Below, piece after piece: positions 1 to 12,870 of a stretch of DNA of 63,958 bases. Positions within the stretch are counted from its first letter, which is position 1. The number at the start of each line of letters is the position of its first letter. Both the position numbers and the translations under genes were made by a program. This stretch comes from Octopus bimaculoides (taxonomy: Eukaryota): positions 79,693,329-79,757,286 of the forward strand of contig NC_068990.1 of NCBI RefSeq assembly GCF_001194135.2, written 5' to 3'. The notes below the pieces were generated by a model, which ran no database searches, was not told the origin of the DNA, and was given only the letters and a program-made list of their open reading frames with translations.

Positions 1-222
1 TGTGTGTGTGTGTGTGTGTGTGTCTATTTGTTCTTCCATCACTGCTTGACAACTAGTGTTGGAGTGTTTACATCCCCATAACTTAGCAGTTTGCTAAATG
101 AGACCGATAGAATATCTACTAGGCTTAAAAAATAAGTCTGGAGTCAATTTATTTGACTAAAATCCTCCAAGGCAGTACTCCAACATGGCTGCAGTTAAAT
201 GGCTGAAACAAATAAAAGAATA
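1..222 (+). mobile_element. 3' half of an octopod-type SINE (family B), following a (TG)n tract
   Basis: Motifs 'cactgcttgacaactagtgttggagtgtttacatccccataacttagcag' and 'ccaacatggctgcagttaaatggctgaaacaaataaaag'; the first motif matches the minus-strand copy at 49880-50153. Confidence 0.65.
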
Positions 223-399
223 TATCCATTCTTGAATTAATATTGTTCTCTACACTCTCACATTGGTCATCCTTTGCCTTCCCATCACTGGATCACCAAC
301 TTATCTCTCCTCATACATTATCTCTGTCTCTCTCTCTCCCCTTCTCCTACAGCCTACCCAAATATGTCATCTCATTTTCTTCTGAATTACTGAAACAGA

Positions 400-575
400 T
401 AAATATTTCTTGAAGTAGGTTATTAGTATAGACTACTCTGAGTTTAAATTCCATCAAGGTTGATTTTGCCTTTGATTCTTTCGGGGTCGATAAAGTACGG
501 ATCATTTGAGCACTGAGGCCGATGAAATTGACTAGCCCCTCATTCCCAAATTACAGGCTGTGTGCGAAGAAGTAG
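400..575 (+). mobile_element. Degenerate SINE family A copy
   Basis: 'tctgagtttaaattccatcaaggttgattttgcctttgattctttcggggtcgataaagtac' matches the core of 2081-2306. Confidence 0.6.
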
Positions 576-2080
576 GAAGTTTATTATAGACTATTGTTTT
601 AAGTTATCAACACCATTGATATTGTCGAAAAATACGACATCTCTTCATAAAAAGTGTAACTCCTTACGAAAATTAAACGAAAATACGATTATTTATTTGA
701 AAGTTTCCAAAATTTATGGAGGTCTAAGTCTGTCAAACAAGATCAAAACAACTATGTTATGTATGTATGTATGTATGTATGATTTTTTTCTTTGAATGAA
801 TTAAATGTAATTTTCACTCGATTCCGATTTCATTATTTTCCATTAGCTGATTGAAATACACATTTTTACCGATCATATATTAAGACTATTATATTTTCTA
901 CTATTTTCTACCAACGATTGCATTAAAAAAAAAAAAAAATACCAGACTTATATTATACACAACTTTGTTGTTTGTTAGCCATAGCTGCAATGAGTTGTTA
1001 ATTAAATATGTCAGAAGAAGCAAATTTTGTGCAATGTTTGTCTGTTTTAATAATTTTATGTGACTAAAACATATCACAATAACTAAATGTCTTTTGGAAT
1101 GCATATTTACATATTTATTTTTAACATATCTAGGAAGATTAGATATACAAGTATACATTGTCGATTTGTGGCAAATAACATTAATATGGTGACTAGCGGC
1201 AAGAAATCTCAAGTTGTGATCTAAGGGAAACAACTCTTAAGAAACTAAACTATTAAGTGCAAAATAATTTGACGAAAGCACGATAACGGAGTAGATTTTA
1301 TAGCCAACCTAATTTAAATTGATTTCATAAATACCAAATATATTTCGAAAAGATTTTATGTAAAGGTATAAGTTTAAACTTCTGTAATAATGATTATCTT
1401 CAACAATCCTTTCTACTATATGTACAAGTCCTGTAATTGGGCGGCGGGGGACTAGTCGATTACATCGACTCTAGTGTTTCCCTGGTACTTAATTTATGAA
1501 AGTGTTGTGTAATCACTAAAGTAAGGTGATGTAACTTACAAGGGAATTTTCGAAAAGTCCATGCTAAGAGGGAAAACGCCAGTTACTTGAGCTAACTACT
1601 AGTTAGAAATAGAAAGAAAAGCTCTTTTAAATATATCAAACCAACTTAAAAAAAAAAGCACAAACAAGACAAAAATGACAAAAAAACCAAAGAAACCCCA
1701 TATTCCTAGCCTTTTATCGTGGATCTGATCTATGAGGGCTAAACTGGTGTTAAGCAGCAATGACAAAGGAAACATTTTTGAGCACAGTCGTCTTGTCGTG
1801 ACCCCTAATTCTTAACTTGGAATGGTTTTATTGACCGCAGAAGAATGAAATGCAAAGTTGACACTAACGAGATATGAACTTAGAACATAAAGAAAATAAA
1901 GAAGTATATGAAAACAAAATTCATCCCCAACAAGTATGCAGCAACGTTCTACCATATTTTTATCGAAAGTTACTTTTTCAGTGATAGCTTAACGTAAAAG
2001 ATCTACATTAAGTTAATGCAAAACTAATAACGCTGATCTGATGTTCCGTTATTATGCCAGCAATATTATTTGAGAAACTG

Positions 2081-2306
2081 GGGCGGCGAGCTGGCAGAAG
2101 CGTTAGCATGCCGGGCGAAATGCTTAGTGGTATTTCGTCTGTCTTTACGTTCTGAGTTCAAATTCCGCCGAGGTCGACTTTGCCTTTCATACTTTCGGGG
2201 TCGATAAATTGAGTACCAGTTGTGTACTGGGGTCGATCTAATCGACTGCCCCCCCTATTCCATCAGAATTTCGAGCCTTGTGCCTAGTGTAGAAAGGAAT
2301 ATTATT
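2081..2306 (+). mobile_element. Full-length SINE family A copy with 18-bp TSD
   Basis: Near-identical to copies at 31461, 35752 and 52915. Flanking direct repeat aatattattt(g/a)agaaact at 2062-2079 and 2298-2315 (1 mismatch). Confidence 0.9.
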
Positions 2307-3463
2307 TAAGAAACTAGCTGGCCCCGCACCGTAAAAAATGACGGCTGATTGTAGTATTTTATACATAAATAAGCACAAAAGTTAGAACATGGATGGTAAT
2401 TCAAAGTAAAATACTTCTCAATGCTATCTAGTGGTTGTATTTTGAGATGCAATATCGATCCATACAATCATTCACATACTTCCCTTGTACACGTACACAC
2501 ATAAACTCAAACAGAGTTGGAACGCTGTTTGAGTTTTCTTTTCAGCATTGAATGTTCACCATCCCACTTCCATTGCACGCGCGCACACACACACACCTCC
2601 CTTTTACATATACTCACAGAGTTGAAACGCTGTTTGATAGTTTCTTCACCGTAGAACCTACTTTATATTTGCGTTGACAGTTAACGAGGCCAATCTCAAT
2701 GGTATCGGAGAATCTGCGAAAGGTACGAACACAGAACTTTCTTTGAGACTGGAAAAAAAGAACTAAAGAAAAAAAAATACAGAATTTAAAGCCGCAAGAC
2801 ATATTGCCCAACAGTGTATCGACTCCACCACTCTACCGCTCTTAAAACTGGCTAAACAAAAAAAAAACTATCATGATGAACCGATAGTAGTCGCCATGTT
2901 ATCAAGGGAAAGCACTCTGCAACCTACAGAAAGCGTTACCTCCCTGGCCAGTTGTACGATTTGAGTGGTAGTAACACTGTTAGAAATTAGCAGTAGTGCT
3001 ACTACAGTTGCTTGACAGTACTATTAGGAACGGGATATTTCTTAAAAATAAATAAATAAATAAATAAATAAAAAGCCCTGTAGACCCTTTTCATAATAAG
3101 TATAATTCGATAACTGTAAGTCGGATTATTCAGCAGACTGTCCCCAATCAAAATAAGCTTACCACATTCACTGCTACTTTGCTTTCACTACAATTCAGTA
3201 CAAGCCCCAATACATCATAATATTCCACATGAACACTGACATTGAATGCAGACGTATTTTGATAATTTAATCTCAACACAGAAGTCCAGATGATATTCCT
3301 ACAATGAACTGCAAATAACATTCTCTCAAGCTGTACTCTATTGTAAATCAGTTTCTTCAACTACCTCTCTATCTGTCTCTCTGACTCTCTCTCTGTTTTT
3401 CTCTCTTTCTAACTATATTTTGTTCTAAATTATGGAAAGATATGGGAGTATGCCTCATTTCAA

Positions 3464-3519
3464 ATGAGACAACTTCGAAAACTCTGCTTGTTATTGATCA
3501 TTCTTACTATTGGCATGTC
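3464..3519 (+). CDS. Candidate first coding exon encoding a signal-peptide-like sequence MRQLRKLCLLLIILTIGM(S)
   Basis: ATG at 3464, basic n-region then hydrophobic core, ending at a TC|GTAAGT donor (phase 2). No homology recognised. Confidence 0.3.
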
Positions 3520-4162
3520 GTAAGTAACCACCATTACGTTTATTATAAAATGAGATCAATGAGTCTTTAACTAAACTCGGCACTGGGAATCTTGTTGCAG
3601 TTGCCTTTTATCAAGTGTATTAGAAGTTACTTGTCGTAGCGTTTGTTGACTGAGTCCGCTATATGAGTCAGTTAAATTCTTAAACTATTCTTTCTGCAAA
3701 TTCACAAACTAGCTTACTGCTGAGTAGCCATATTCACTTCCATGAGGTTCGGTTTAATCTATTGTACACAGGTATCTCATACTCAAAATTTAGATGCTTT
3801 CAACTGCCAGACAATTATAACTTCTACGAGATTTCAAAACAATATATCATGCACTCTGCTGTGAACATTACACTTGAGACTTGTTGAGCAACAGTATGAA
3901 AATCTTTATACATAGTCAGGAAACACTCTTACAGCACTACATCATCCTAGTCTTATTTAACGGTTTCAAGAAACAATGTATTACACAGTCAAAAGAACAA
4001 GATATAGCTAAAACTTTCACACACCCACAAATGCTTGTCCTTACAATCTTTGGCGAACTTTTCATGGCACCAACACTCATCTAGAACAAAGCTATGATAG
4101 TATCTCAAAAATTGGTACCCTTTTCGGGATCAGATGTATGTATGTGCGCGCGCGCGCGTCTT

Positions 4163-4196
<34 letters not shown>

Positions 4197-4198
4197 TG

Positions 4199-4231
<33 letters not shown>

Positions 4232-5279
4232 ACAATACATGCATACAAACATGCAATATATGGGAAGAACATAGCCAAAGCCCTAAAGGCAATCAGAGAC
4301 AGCGGTCAGCTGTTCTAGTTGGATCTAGTCGAAGAGGAACAAAAACAACTTCCATACCGATTGAAGGCGACATTTTTTGCTTCAGAGCTAAGGGAAATAA
4401 CTCTGAGTGAGTCATTATGATAGCGTTGACGTTTCACCGCTACCACGACAGCCAACGCTATTTCTTCTTTAACTGCAAGTTTGAAAGCTGAGTCAACGGA
4501 GAGGAGTTGCAACTAGATTAACTCTCCAGGCGGTTTAACTGTACAGGTCACCGAAATGCAAGTGGCTAAAAAGTGTTAGCAGAAGGGCACCCAGAAAATC
4601 GTGAGCTTGATGCGGCCCGGCACGCTTCGAATGTAAGACGTTAAGGGCCGTAACACTTGCATGCGCGGGGTTTCTTCTCTGAAAGCCTTCTGCTGTTCAG
4701 CTCGCTTGAGAGTTTCTTGGTACTATATACAGACAGACAGGCATACACACACACGCACACACAGACATATTTGTACATATAAATAAATACATACGCCTGC
4801 GCGCGCTTTCACGCACACACAAACATAGTTGTTCATTATGTTTTCATTAGTCAAATAAAACAGACACTCGTATAGTTGGCAACATTTCTTATTCAGTGTT
4901 ATGAATTTAGTCTCATAGCAGCTGATTCATGTTACCGAACGGTTTCGTATTAAAGAATCTCCTAAAGGTGGAAAGGTAAATTAACAGTCATCAGACATGG
5001 CTGAATGGAAGTGTATAGCTTGAAGTCTTTTATTCGTGGAGATCTGAAAATATTACGTTCGGTGTACAAGTCTCAGAAAATTAAAAAAAAAAACGAAATG
5101 AAAACCAAGGTTGAGGAAACAGGAGAGAAAAAAAATGGATGACCTTAGGCCTTAGGTTATTAGAATTTTGTCCCTTAGATTTGTCCTTTCAGTCATTATC
5201 CTGGATGTCAGTATCCAAATGGTAACTGTCCCTCTTAAATTTTTGTATGAGTGTGGAATAAAAAAGGAGTTAGAGTCAG

Positions 5280-5670
5280 GGAGAAAAAGGAAATGCGATA
5301 CAGTTGGAGATGAGCAGTGGGGAAGTGCTTTATCGAAGAATGTGTAAAGGTGTGTCTAAGCGTTGGGCCTGGTGGAAATAATTCCTTTTATTATGGTAAG
5401 AGGACTTCTAATGGGGAAAGAACTTACTCGTCATGATGACAAGAGGACACTTCTTCGCTTTTAGAGTGCTGATACGACCCTGGCTAAAGGGAATTCATCC
5501 AGGTAATCCCTTTGCACCTCGTACTGCTGTTGAGATTGGGTAAGCTCTACATATGTTACATAGAGGCCGTCGATAATGAAGCAGCGGTAGTATCGAAGGA
5601 CCGCAAAAGGGTGACGCAAGTAAAGATATGTTGGTACAATAGAAGGCCCCTTTAAGACCAGACTTAACAA
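5280..5670 (-). mobile_element. Possible degenerate I-group LINE (RNase H / C-terminal region)
   Basis: Frame-broken peptides (SKSEEV..., THLYTFFDKALPHCSSPTVSHFL) loosely resemble the I/Nimb 'REEV.L.RLRIGHT.LTH...C....TV.H.L' region. Confidence 0.25.
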
Positions 5671-6289
5671 TCACAAGTCATTAAAAAAAATTCATGAGTA
5701 ACATAACTTCACAAAACGGTGAAGCGTATATGGATATTGAAAGAAAAAGCAGCACAATATAGTATCAGCTGAAGATCAGTGGAAAAGAGCAGACCTTACT
5801 TCAACAGCAATAAGAAATGCAGACTTGATTGAAGCCATATTGAGTGGAATCCGTTGACAATTCGGCGGTTATGAAAGAGAAAGCTGAAAGGATTAAATAA
5901 TTGTTCTGTTACTTTGTTTTAAAAAATTCTTTTCGATTATTTTCATATCAATAATATTTACCAAAATTTCAGGGAGACAATTTTAGAAAATAGTATTTAG
6001 AGAGTAAAAATGAAATGGAAAGAAAGAAAGATATTAATACTTAAGACATTAAGAAATAATATTTTAAGATCTATAATTAAGTGGAGTTTTAGTGCTTTCA
6101 ACAGAAAGGAATACTCCTGACAGTTATTCTGTTTCTAGTGTAAAATATGATAAAAGGCCTGAAAGAAATGTGCGACAATACGGCAGTAGATATAGTCTAA
6201 AGAATTGTAAGATTCATACATACAGAAAATAAGATAAAACACCATGTCATATTATTAAGAATATATGTTATTGCTATTAAATATTTCGT

Positions 6290-6636
6290 ATGGAGGCGCA
6301 ATGGCCCAGTGGTCATAGGATCGCGGTTTCGATTCCCAGACCGGGCATTGTGAGTGTTTATTGAGCGAAAACACCTAAAGCTCCACGAAGCTCCGGCAGG
6401 GGATGGTGGTGAACCCTGCTGTACTCTTCCACCACAACTTTCTCTCACTCTTACTTTCTGTTTCTGTTGTGCCTGTAATTCAAAGGGTCAGCCTTGTCAC
6501 ACACTGTGTCACGCTGAATCTCCCCAAGAACTACGGTAAGGGTGCACGTGTCTCTGGAGTGCTCAGCCACTTGCACGTTAATTTCATGAGCAAGCTGTTC
6601 TGTTGATCGGATCAACTGGAAACCTCTACAACAACA
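6290..6636 (+). mobile_element. tRNA-derived SINE (family C) with 12-bp TSD
   Basis: A-box-like tggcccagtgg and B-box-like ggtttcgattccc; perfect TSD taaatatttcgt at 6278-6289 and 6637-6648; 3' end matches the fragment at 61250-61335. Confidence 0.85.
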
Positions 6637-7089
6637 TAAATATTTCGTGGTATATTATAAAAGAACCTTATATTAGTATTTCATTATAATTCTTAGAAAT
6701 ATTGTATTATGACCATCTTCTATCTTGTCACAATCGTTGGTGTTCCTTACAATAATCGGTCGTATCAAAACGCGATCACCCCATATATATGTAATCATCT
6801 CTTCTACGTGATGGATTAGCAATAATATCGATCGGTAGTAAAGTTGCTCATCAATAAAACAATAAAATCACTAAACCGTTTCAAAACAACAGTTAAGCAG
6901 AATTCTCTATTTGATCAATCATCAATAAAACTGTTCAGTTTTAATGTCCTCTAAAACTATTTGTTTATTTGTCCACAAAACTATTAAGACACTCTTTCAG
7001 CTCTCTTGTTAACTCACTCAGCTATTAAATGGCTTAATTATAAAAACATAACTAGGAGGTACTCTAATATGTTACTTAATATTTGATTA

Positions 7090-7800
7090 TGCACCTGTCA
7101 GAGAATCAGTCCTCCCTCAATCCTTTCCCTCCATCTCATCATTACACTTATCAACAATCTACTGTCACTCACACCAGTGACTTAACTGGCAATTGGTTAC
7201 CCAATAGATTGATCCAGCTATCAGTTTATGCTTATGCTATAGCATTCCAAAGAGTTCACTCAAGCATGAACCATTTAAGTATTATTATGTTTATTCAATA
7301 ATTATTTCCAAGAAAAAAAAATAATAAAAGGGAAGAAAAACCGATTGCACAATTACCACTCAAAACTTGGGTTATTAACCATGACAGTTGTTACCCTTGT
7401 TGCTTAGCTCCAGATCAACCATGATCCAACAGACCTTTGTTCAAAGGAACTTCCTACTAGAAAATCTGGGGCTATATTTATCTAATGCTTATTTCCTTGT
7501 TTAAGATGGTGGGAAATTTGAAGGAAATTAACTGTTCATTCTAGCAGGTCGAACAACCACAAATAAGCTCTATAGAGAGGCTTCCAGTCTCTAAATCTGG
7601 TGTAAGCACACGTTCCACACATTCTCTCAGTCATAAACTCTCATTATTTACTATGTTAAAGCGTACATATCGCTATAAAAGAGTTCAAAACGTTAGACGG
7701 ACAATTCGTCGACAAACAGTTGGCCGACAGAATGCAATTTAATGCTGGAAAATTCCAAGCCCTGCTCTACCGACACGCAAAACTGAACAAAATGCAGGCA
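7090..7800 (+). mobile_element. CR1/Jockey-like RT relic fragments
   Basis: Short motifs LIITLINNLLSLT (~LFLIFINDL) near 7140 and MQFNAGKFQAL at 7732. Confidence 0.3.
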
Positions 7801-10800
7801 GAATACAGAACTCGTTTCGTTTTGATGATCTCAATGATCGATACTCCCGCATGTCGACTTAATGTCCAATCAGCCAATTGTCCAATCTGAGAATTGTCTG
7901 TCGGCGAATTGTCTGTCGATGAATTGTCTGCACACGGTTCAAAACAGGCAACGTTCTTTTGCTACGAGGAATGTAAAGACTAACGCTGTAGGTCTTATTC
8001 TTACTCTGATTTTTGGCGATGTTGGTCATCACCAGTTTTCTCAGAACCCGGAGTATCTCACATAAAAATAAAAGGAAGATTTTTTCTTAATCAGAAACCA
8101 TGTTGGAGTGGCAGCGTCAGGTTGTATATTGGTTGTATATTTCTTTTGTTTCTTTTACTACCACTACTATGATTTCTGCTCTTTTAAACCTCATCTAAAT
8201 CACGTTGCACCTGCACATCATAACGTACCACTACCACTACTATTATCGCCGTAATTAACTTAAAACTCACAGTTTAATCACCGAAATACATTTCTCTTGC
8301 TCTCAGCAAGCCACCTTTCCCAGCTACCATCGGGAAACACTTTAATTTCAGTATTATTCTTTCTCCTTTTCAGATAAATGGATGAATAAGCGATTACATC
8401 GCGNNNNNNNNNNCACATATATACACACATATATACACACACATATATATACACACACACATATATATACACACACATATATATACACACACATATATAC
8501 ACACACGGTAAAGTAAATAAATATGGTTGATTGTGAATTTTAAAAAAGATTAACGATTGGTTTTCTTTTTGGGGATGAATTGCGGTTTCAATCCCGAAAC
8601 CTCAACTAATCACTTAAAAGAAAATGTCTTTTACCAAAGCTTCTTTGGTAAATGCTTTTTACTAAAGTGTTAGTTCGACCGAAGCCTTGTGAGTGAAATT
8701 TGGTATACGGAAAATCGCAGAAGCCCATCGGATGGCCTGCACCTATAATTTAAGTTCAGTTTTGTACCAGTGTGTCGCGCTGATTCCATTTTAGAATCAT
8801 GTTAAAGATACACTTCTGTAGAATACTCTGGCACTTCGCGCTCTAATTCTAGAATTGCTCGAACAGATGGTTATTCATATGTCGATCTCGAGGGGATAGT
8901 CCATAGTTCATCTCTGTCTCTTCCCCACTCTCTCTCTTACACCTGTAGATATTAAAACAGTTGAATTCATTCATAATTCTTTTCCATTTTACTAATTTGA
9001 AAAAGAAAAATACCCTTGCCTACACTCATAATTCTCCGTCTTTCTCTCTACTCTGTATTTCTCCTTACACCTCTCTCTTTGTGATTTGTGAAAAGTAATT
9101 TGTTCTGAAAAAAAAAAATATATAAACAAAAAAAAAAACGTATCTGATTTCCATAAATAATTAAAATTTAATTTATAATGATGAGATCAATTAAGATCGA
9201 AATACGTATATGTAATTGGAAGTTTATTATCGTTATAATTAAAAAATAACATGAAATAGATCTCTCATTTGTAGTGTACTGTATTTTCTCTGGTTATTTA
9301 CGTTCTGTGTTAAAATAGTTTGATGTAAAATTTGCCTTCCATTCTTTCAGAATCGATGAAATAAAGTACCAGCCAAGTACCGAAGTCGAATTAATCGACT
9401 AACTGCTGCCTGCAAGTGGCAGGCTTTGTGCTTTTATCACAGACTGTTATAATTAATACTACGAAATAAGTTAACTTTAAATATATTTTTGTCTTTATAA
9501 AAGAGCCCTCCCAGCAAAAAAGACAAAAAAACAAAAAAACAAAACAAGAAAATATAAACAAATAGGCTATCCAAAAAGATACTTGTAAAAGTAAAGGATT
9601 CTCAATCATTACTGAATAACATTTAAAAATGGGTTCATAAATGTGTGTCACAAGGGGGTGGAATGCGAAAGCAATAACCAGAAGAACGCAAAAAGCCAAG
9701 TGGATATCTCACTCGCCTAACATGTATACACAAGTGAAATATGGCTGGAAAAAAAGACAAAAGCCCAATAAAAATGGAAAAGACTGAATTTGAACAACTG
9801 AATTTGAGAAAAGAATATCGAGAAAGAATAATAGCTCTAAAAGCTATAGAAATAAACCTAAAATTGAATCCATTCAACATTTGACTCTTTCACTCACTTT
9901 CTTGCCTATATTTTTTTTTTACCACTTCTCTCTGTCTTTCTGGTTTGAAACAGCAAACAATATTTGCATTTGCATTTATTGTACTCTGTCCTCCTCTGTT
10001 TGTCTGTCTCCGTCTGTATGTCTGTCTCTGTCTGTCTCTCTCTTTCTCTACNNNNNNNNNNTTAAGATCGAAGTAAGTATAATGTAATTAGAATTTTATT
10101 ATCATTACTACATTGAAATAAACACGAAACTGATTTAACACAATTCTGAAGAAAAGGTTTTCTTGATATCTGTTATGTTTACACATTATTCACTTCAAAC
10201 CATCCAGACAACGGAGGTAGATAAACTGATATAATATTCTAGGAGACAAATTTATCCATATGGTTTTTCTTACTGTTATATCTAGTCGATTTGCATTGTC
10301 GGTTCTATCGGTATAAATTGTAAAATCACAGAAAATGATGATATGGCCAGTTTTAGTGATTTGTTGGAAAGGTGTTTATACCAATTTTTAGACATTCCCA
10401 TAGTGCTTGCAGATTTTCCATTGGATGTATTGTCCTATTTGCCAGTGCCTATTGTTCCTTGGGCTACGTATCTAGTCGGATTTGTAAAGAAGAAAAGTTA
10501 TGCATTCCGTTAATCAACAGGGTGCTTCGGAAGGATTTTTCATTAAATGAAAAAAGATTTAGCTAAAAGATTAGATAAGCAACAGTTTGAAATTTCATAT
10601 ATTCCTGGGGAATTCCAGTTTCGAGTATCTAAGAGCTATTTATATATTTTCTTTATAGATACCCTTATATATATCTGCTGTGGAAACTTACTGGAAAGTG
10701 TGATGAGTGATCCCCGTACAGTGCGTTTGCTCTGTAGTTATTTCTATATAATGTGGTTATTGTACATTGTTAATTTGGTGTGCGATTAATTTACAATTGT

Positions 10801-11699
10801 CTTTGAGTTGTATGATAGTTTTATTACGACACATTGGACAATGTAGCTCCTGATATCTCTAAAAGACGAGGCAGTCACTATTAGAGAATCTTTGATCATA
10901 TGCCTGCTCTATTAGGGCCGATGTGAGGATATACAATAGCAACAATAAAAAAACTGATAAGCTCTGTTCTTGCAATATTTACCTTAAGGACAGTAGATTA
11001 GGAGAACAGGTACAATGACAAACAAAATGCATTGTGGTATTTAGTTGAATTCATATTTCAGTGGAGATTTTGAACTCGACTAAATACCGACCAAATCAAC
11101 TATACTATTTATTTAAATTTAAGGCCTTGTGTCAAAAATCAATATTTACCTTAATGGATATAATGTTGTGAAACAGCCATTTACTCAATGTCACGATATT
11201 TACCCCAAAGCAAGTAATCACTTCTTGATAAACACCTCATAGACGGTCGTTCTCAATTCCAACTAACAATCAAGCAAAAAGTTAACTAAATCGTCTCAGA
11301 GAGAAAATTTTATTTACGATGTCGTCCAAATTAGGAGGAATGTCCGTGGATTCACTGAACAGTGACAGACCTGTCGTGTCATTCCTGAAGAGATTGTAAT
11401 TACGCTAATACCGCGAGAGATTTTCAGCAAATTTCCTTGAATTTTACACGAATTATCTAACATTGGATGCAACTATCCATGAACCGATCTGTCAGATGAA
11501 GTTTGGCATTACTAAAATAATCGTTTAATTAAAATACAATGTTCTAACACTCACTTGTTGATGAGGCTTAATAGAATTTATCATACGACAATGGCTCGAG
11601 ACACGTGCAACTAATTCACTTGATATACATATTAGAAACTGTATTCAACGTAGAACATTTTCCAGGCTGGTATGTAACTATACTGGTCTTACACTTGTA

Positions 11700-11935
11700 C
11701 TAAAGTTCTCTATGAATATGGAAATCAATGTTTTTGGAGATGTACACTGTGATCATCTCTTCTATAGATATGAGAGTCTCCAGACCTGCGCATGTTGCAG
11801 TATCAAAAGAAATGAGTTCAGAGAGTTTGGTAATTAATTTATTTCAACTGAGAAAGTTAATGGTTAGATTATTGGTTAGGTCTAGTGGTATGTTTTTTGG
11901 AAAGTTAGTGTTTATCTCTGGATTCATGAGTTAAG
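11700..11935 (-). mobile_element. LINE apurinic-endonuclease (APE) N-terminal relic
   Basis: Minus frame NLTINFLS*NKLITKLSELISF...LETLIS resembles the APE start 'LTI.SWN....K..EL......D...LQET' with TGG>TGA. Confidence 0.35.
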
Positions 11936-12330
11936 AAGTAGTAAAGAAACAATTTCAGTTGTTGAAATTATAGGACACTAGTAGAGTGTAAGCAACTTTC
12001 GTAGTAGTTTTCTGTCCTGCATTGTTACTTGCTAATCATTATTAATTGCTTCGATAATCTTAGCTAATCCGAGTTTTTCAACTCACATAGTGAGTTGAAA
12101 GAATTGGATTAACTTAGATTCTCCCTAGTTAACAAAACTCCTTAATATCTAAAAAAAAAAAAAGAAAAAATAATAACAACCCCACCGCAAACCCAGATTA
12201 ATGACAGATCTTTTCATGTTAGTCTTTTGTTGACTGGCTCACAAACCGTGAAACTCAGGACAATTTCCTTTATTTTCCTCGATACGAAAAGAATAGCTAA
12301 GTATATTTACATCTGTATAGAGTTTCACAG

Positions 12331-12454
12331 TGATGGTTTTAACCCATATATATCCCTGGTTGCGTTTTCGCAACACAAGCAACACAAAATCTGTTCCTAC
12401 TTGTTTGGACATGAACTCGCCGAGAAGCGTCTGACTGAGCATACAAAATGTTCA
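12331..12454 (+). CDS. Candidate internal exon DGFNPYISLVAFSQHKQHKICSYLFGHELAEKRLTEHTKCS
   Basis: GC-elevated island; CAG acceptor (alternative TAG at 12320); donors at 12454 (GTAGGT) or 12458 (GTAGTC); one open plus frame, phase-compatible with 3464-3519. Minus-strand frames are also open, so the strand is not proven. Confidence 0.3.
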
Positions 12455-12754
12455 GTAGGTAGTCGACACCCGTAGCTAATAGCTGCATATTGTCCTTCTC
12501 CTCCAGATTGTGAAAGCTTACCATAACGTTTAATCTAAATACAGTGAAATTTTAAGACTTCATTTTTTTATGGGCACATATGAGTTATATACTGTAGTAG
12601 TTTACTTTCAATTTATCTTTGCTACCTAATACATGCGGTGTTGAGAAAAATGTCTTGTAATTACGGCGAATAGAGAAGGAGTAGTTATATGACCCTGTTT
12701 TATACCATCCCTAATTATAAACGGGTCTGAGCATTCTCCGTTAATTAAAACATG

Positions 12755-12870
12755 CGTGGCCTACTGGTTAGGGTGTTGCACTCATAATCGCCAGTTCGTG
12801 GATTGGATTCCCGGACCGTGCGGCCAGGTGTTTTCTTGATGAAAATATCTAATTTCACGTTGCTCTAGTA
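12755..12870 (+). mobile_element. tRNA-like SINE head, degenerate
   Basis: 'gcgtggcctactggttagggtgttgcactc...ggattggattcccggaccg' carries A/B-box-like elements. Confidence 0.5.

Noticed and set aside
4260-4680. GC-elevated block as an exon or RLE-element 3' end
   Set aside because: Several frames and splice options fit equally, and no diagnostic motif is present.
10547-10625. MKKDLAKRLDKQQFEISYIPGEFQFR as an exon
   Set aside because: Weak donor and not phase-compatible with neighbouring candidates; left unresolved.
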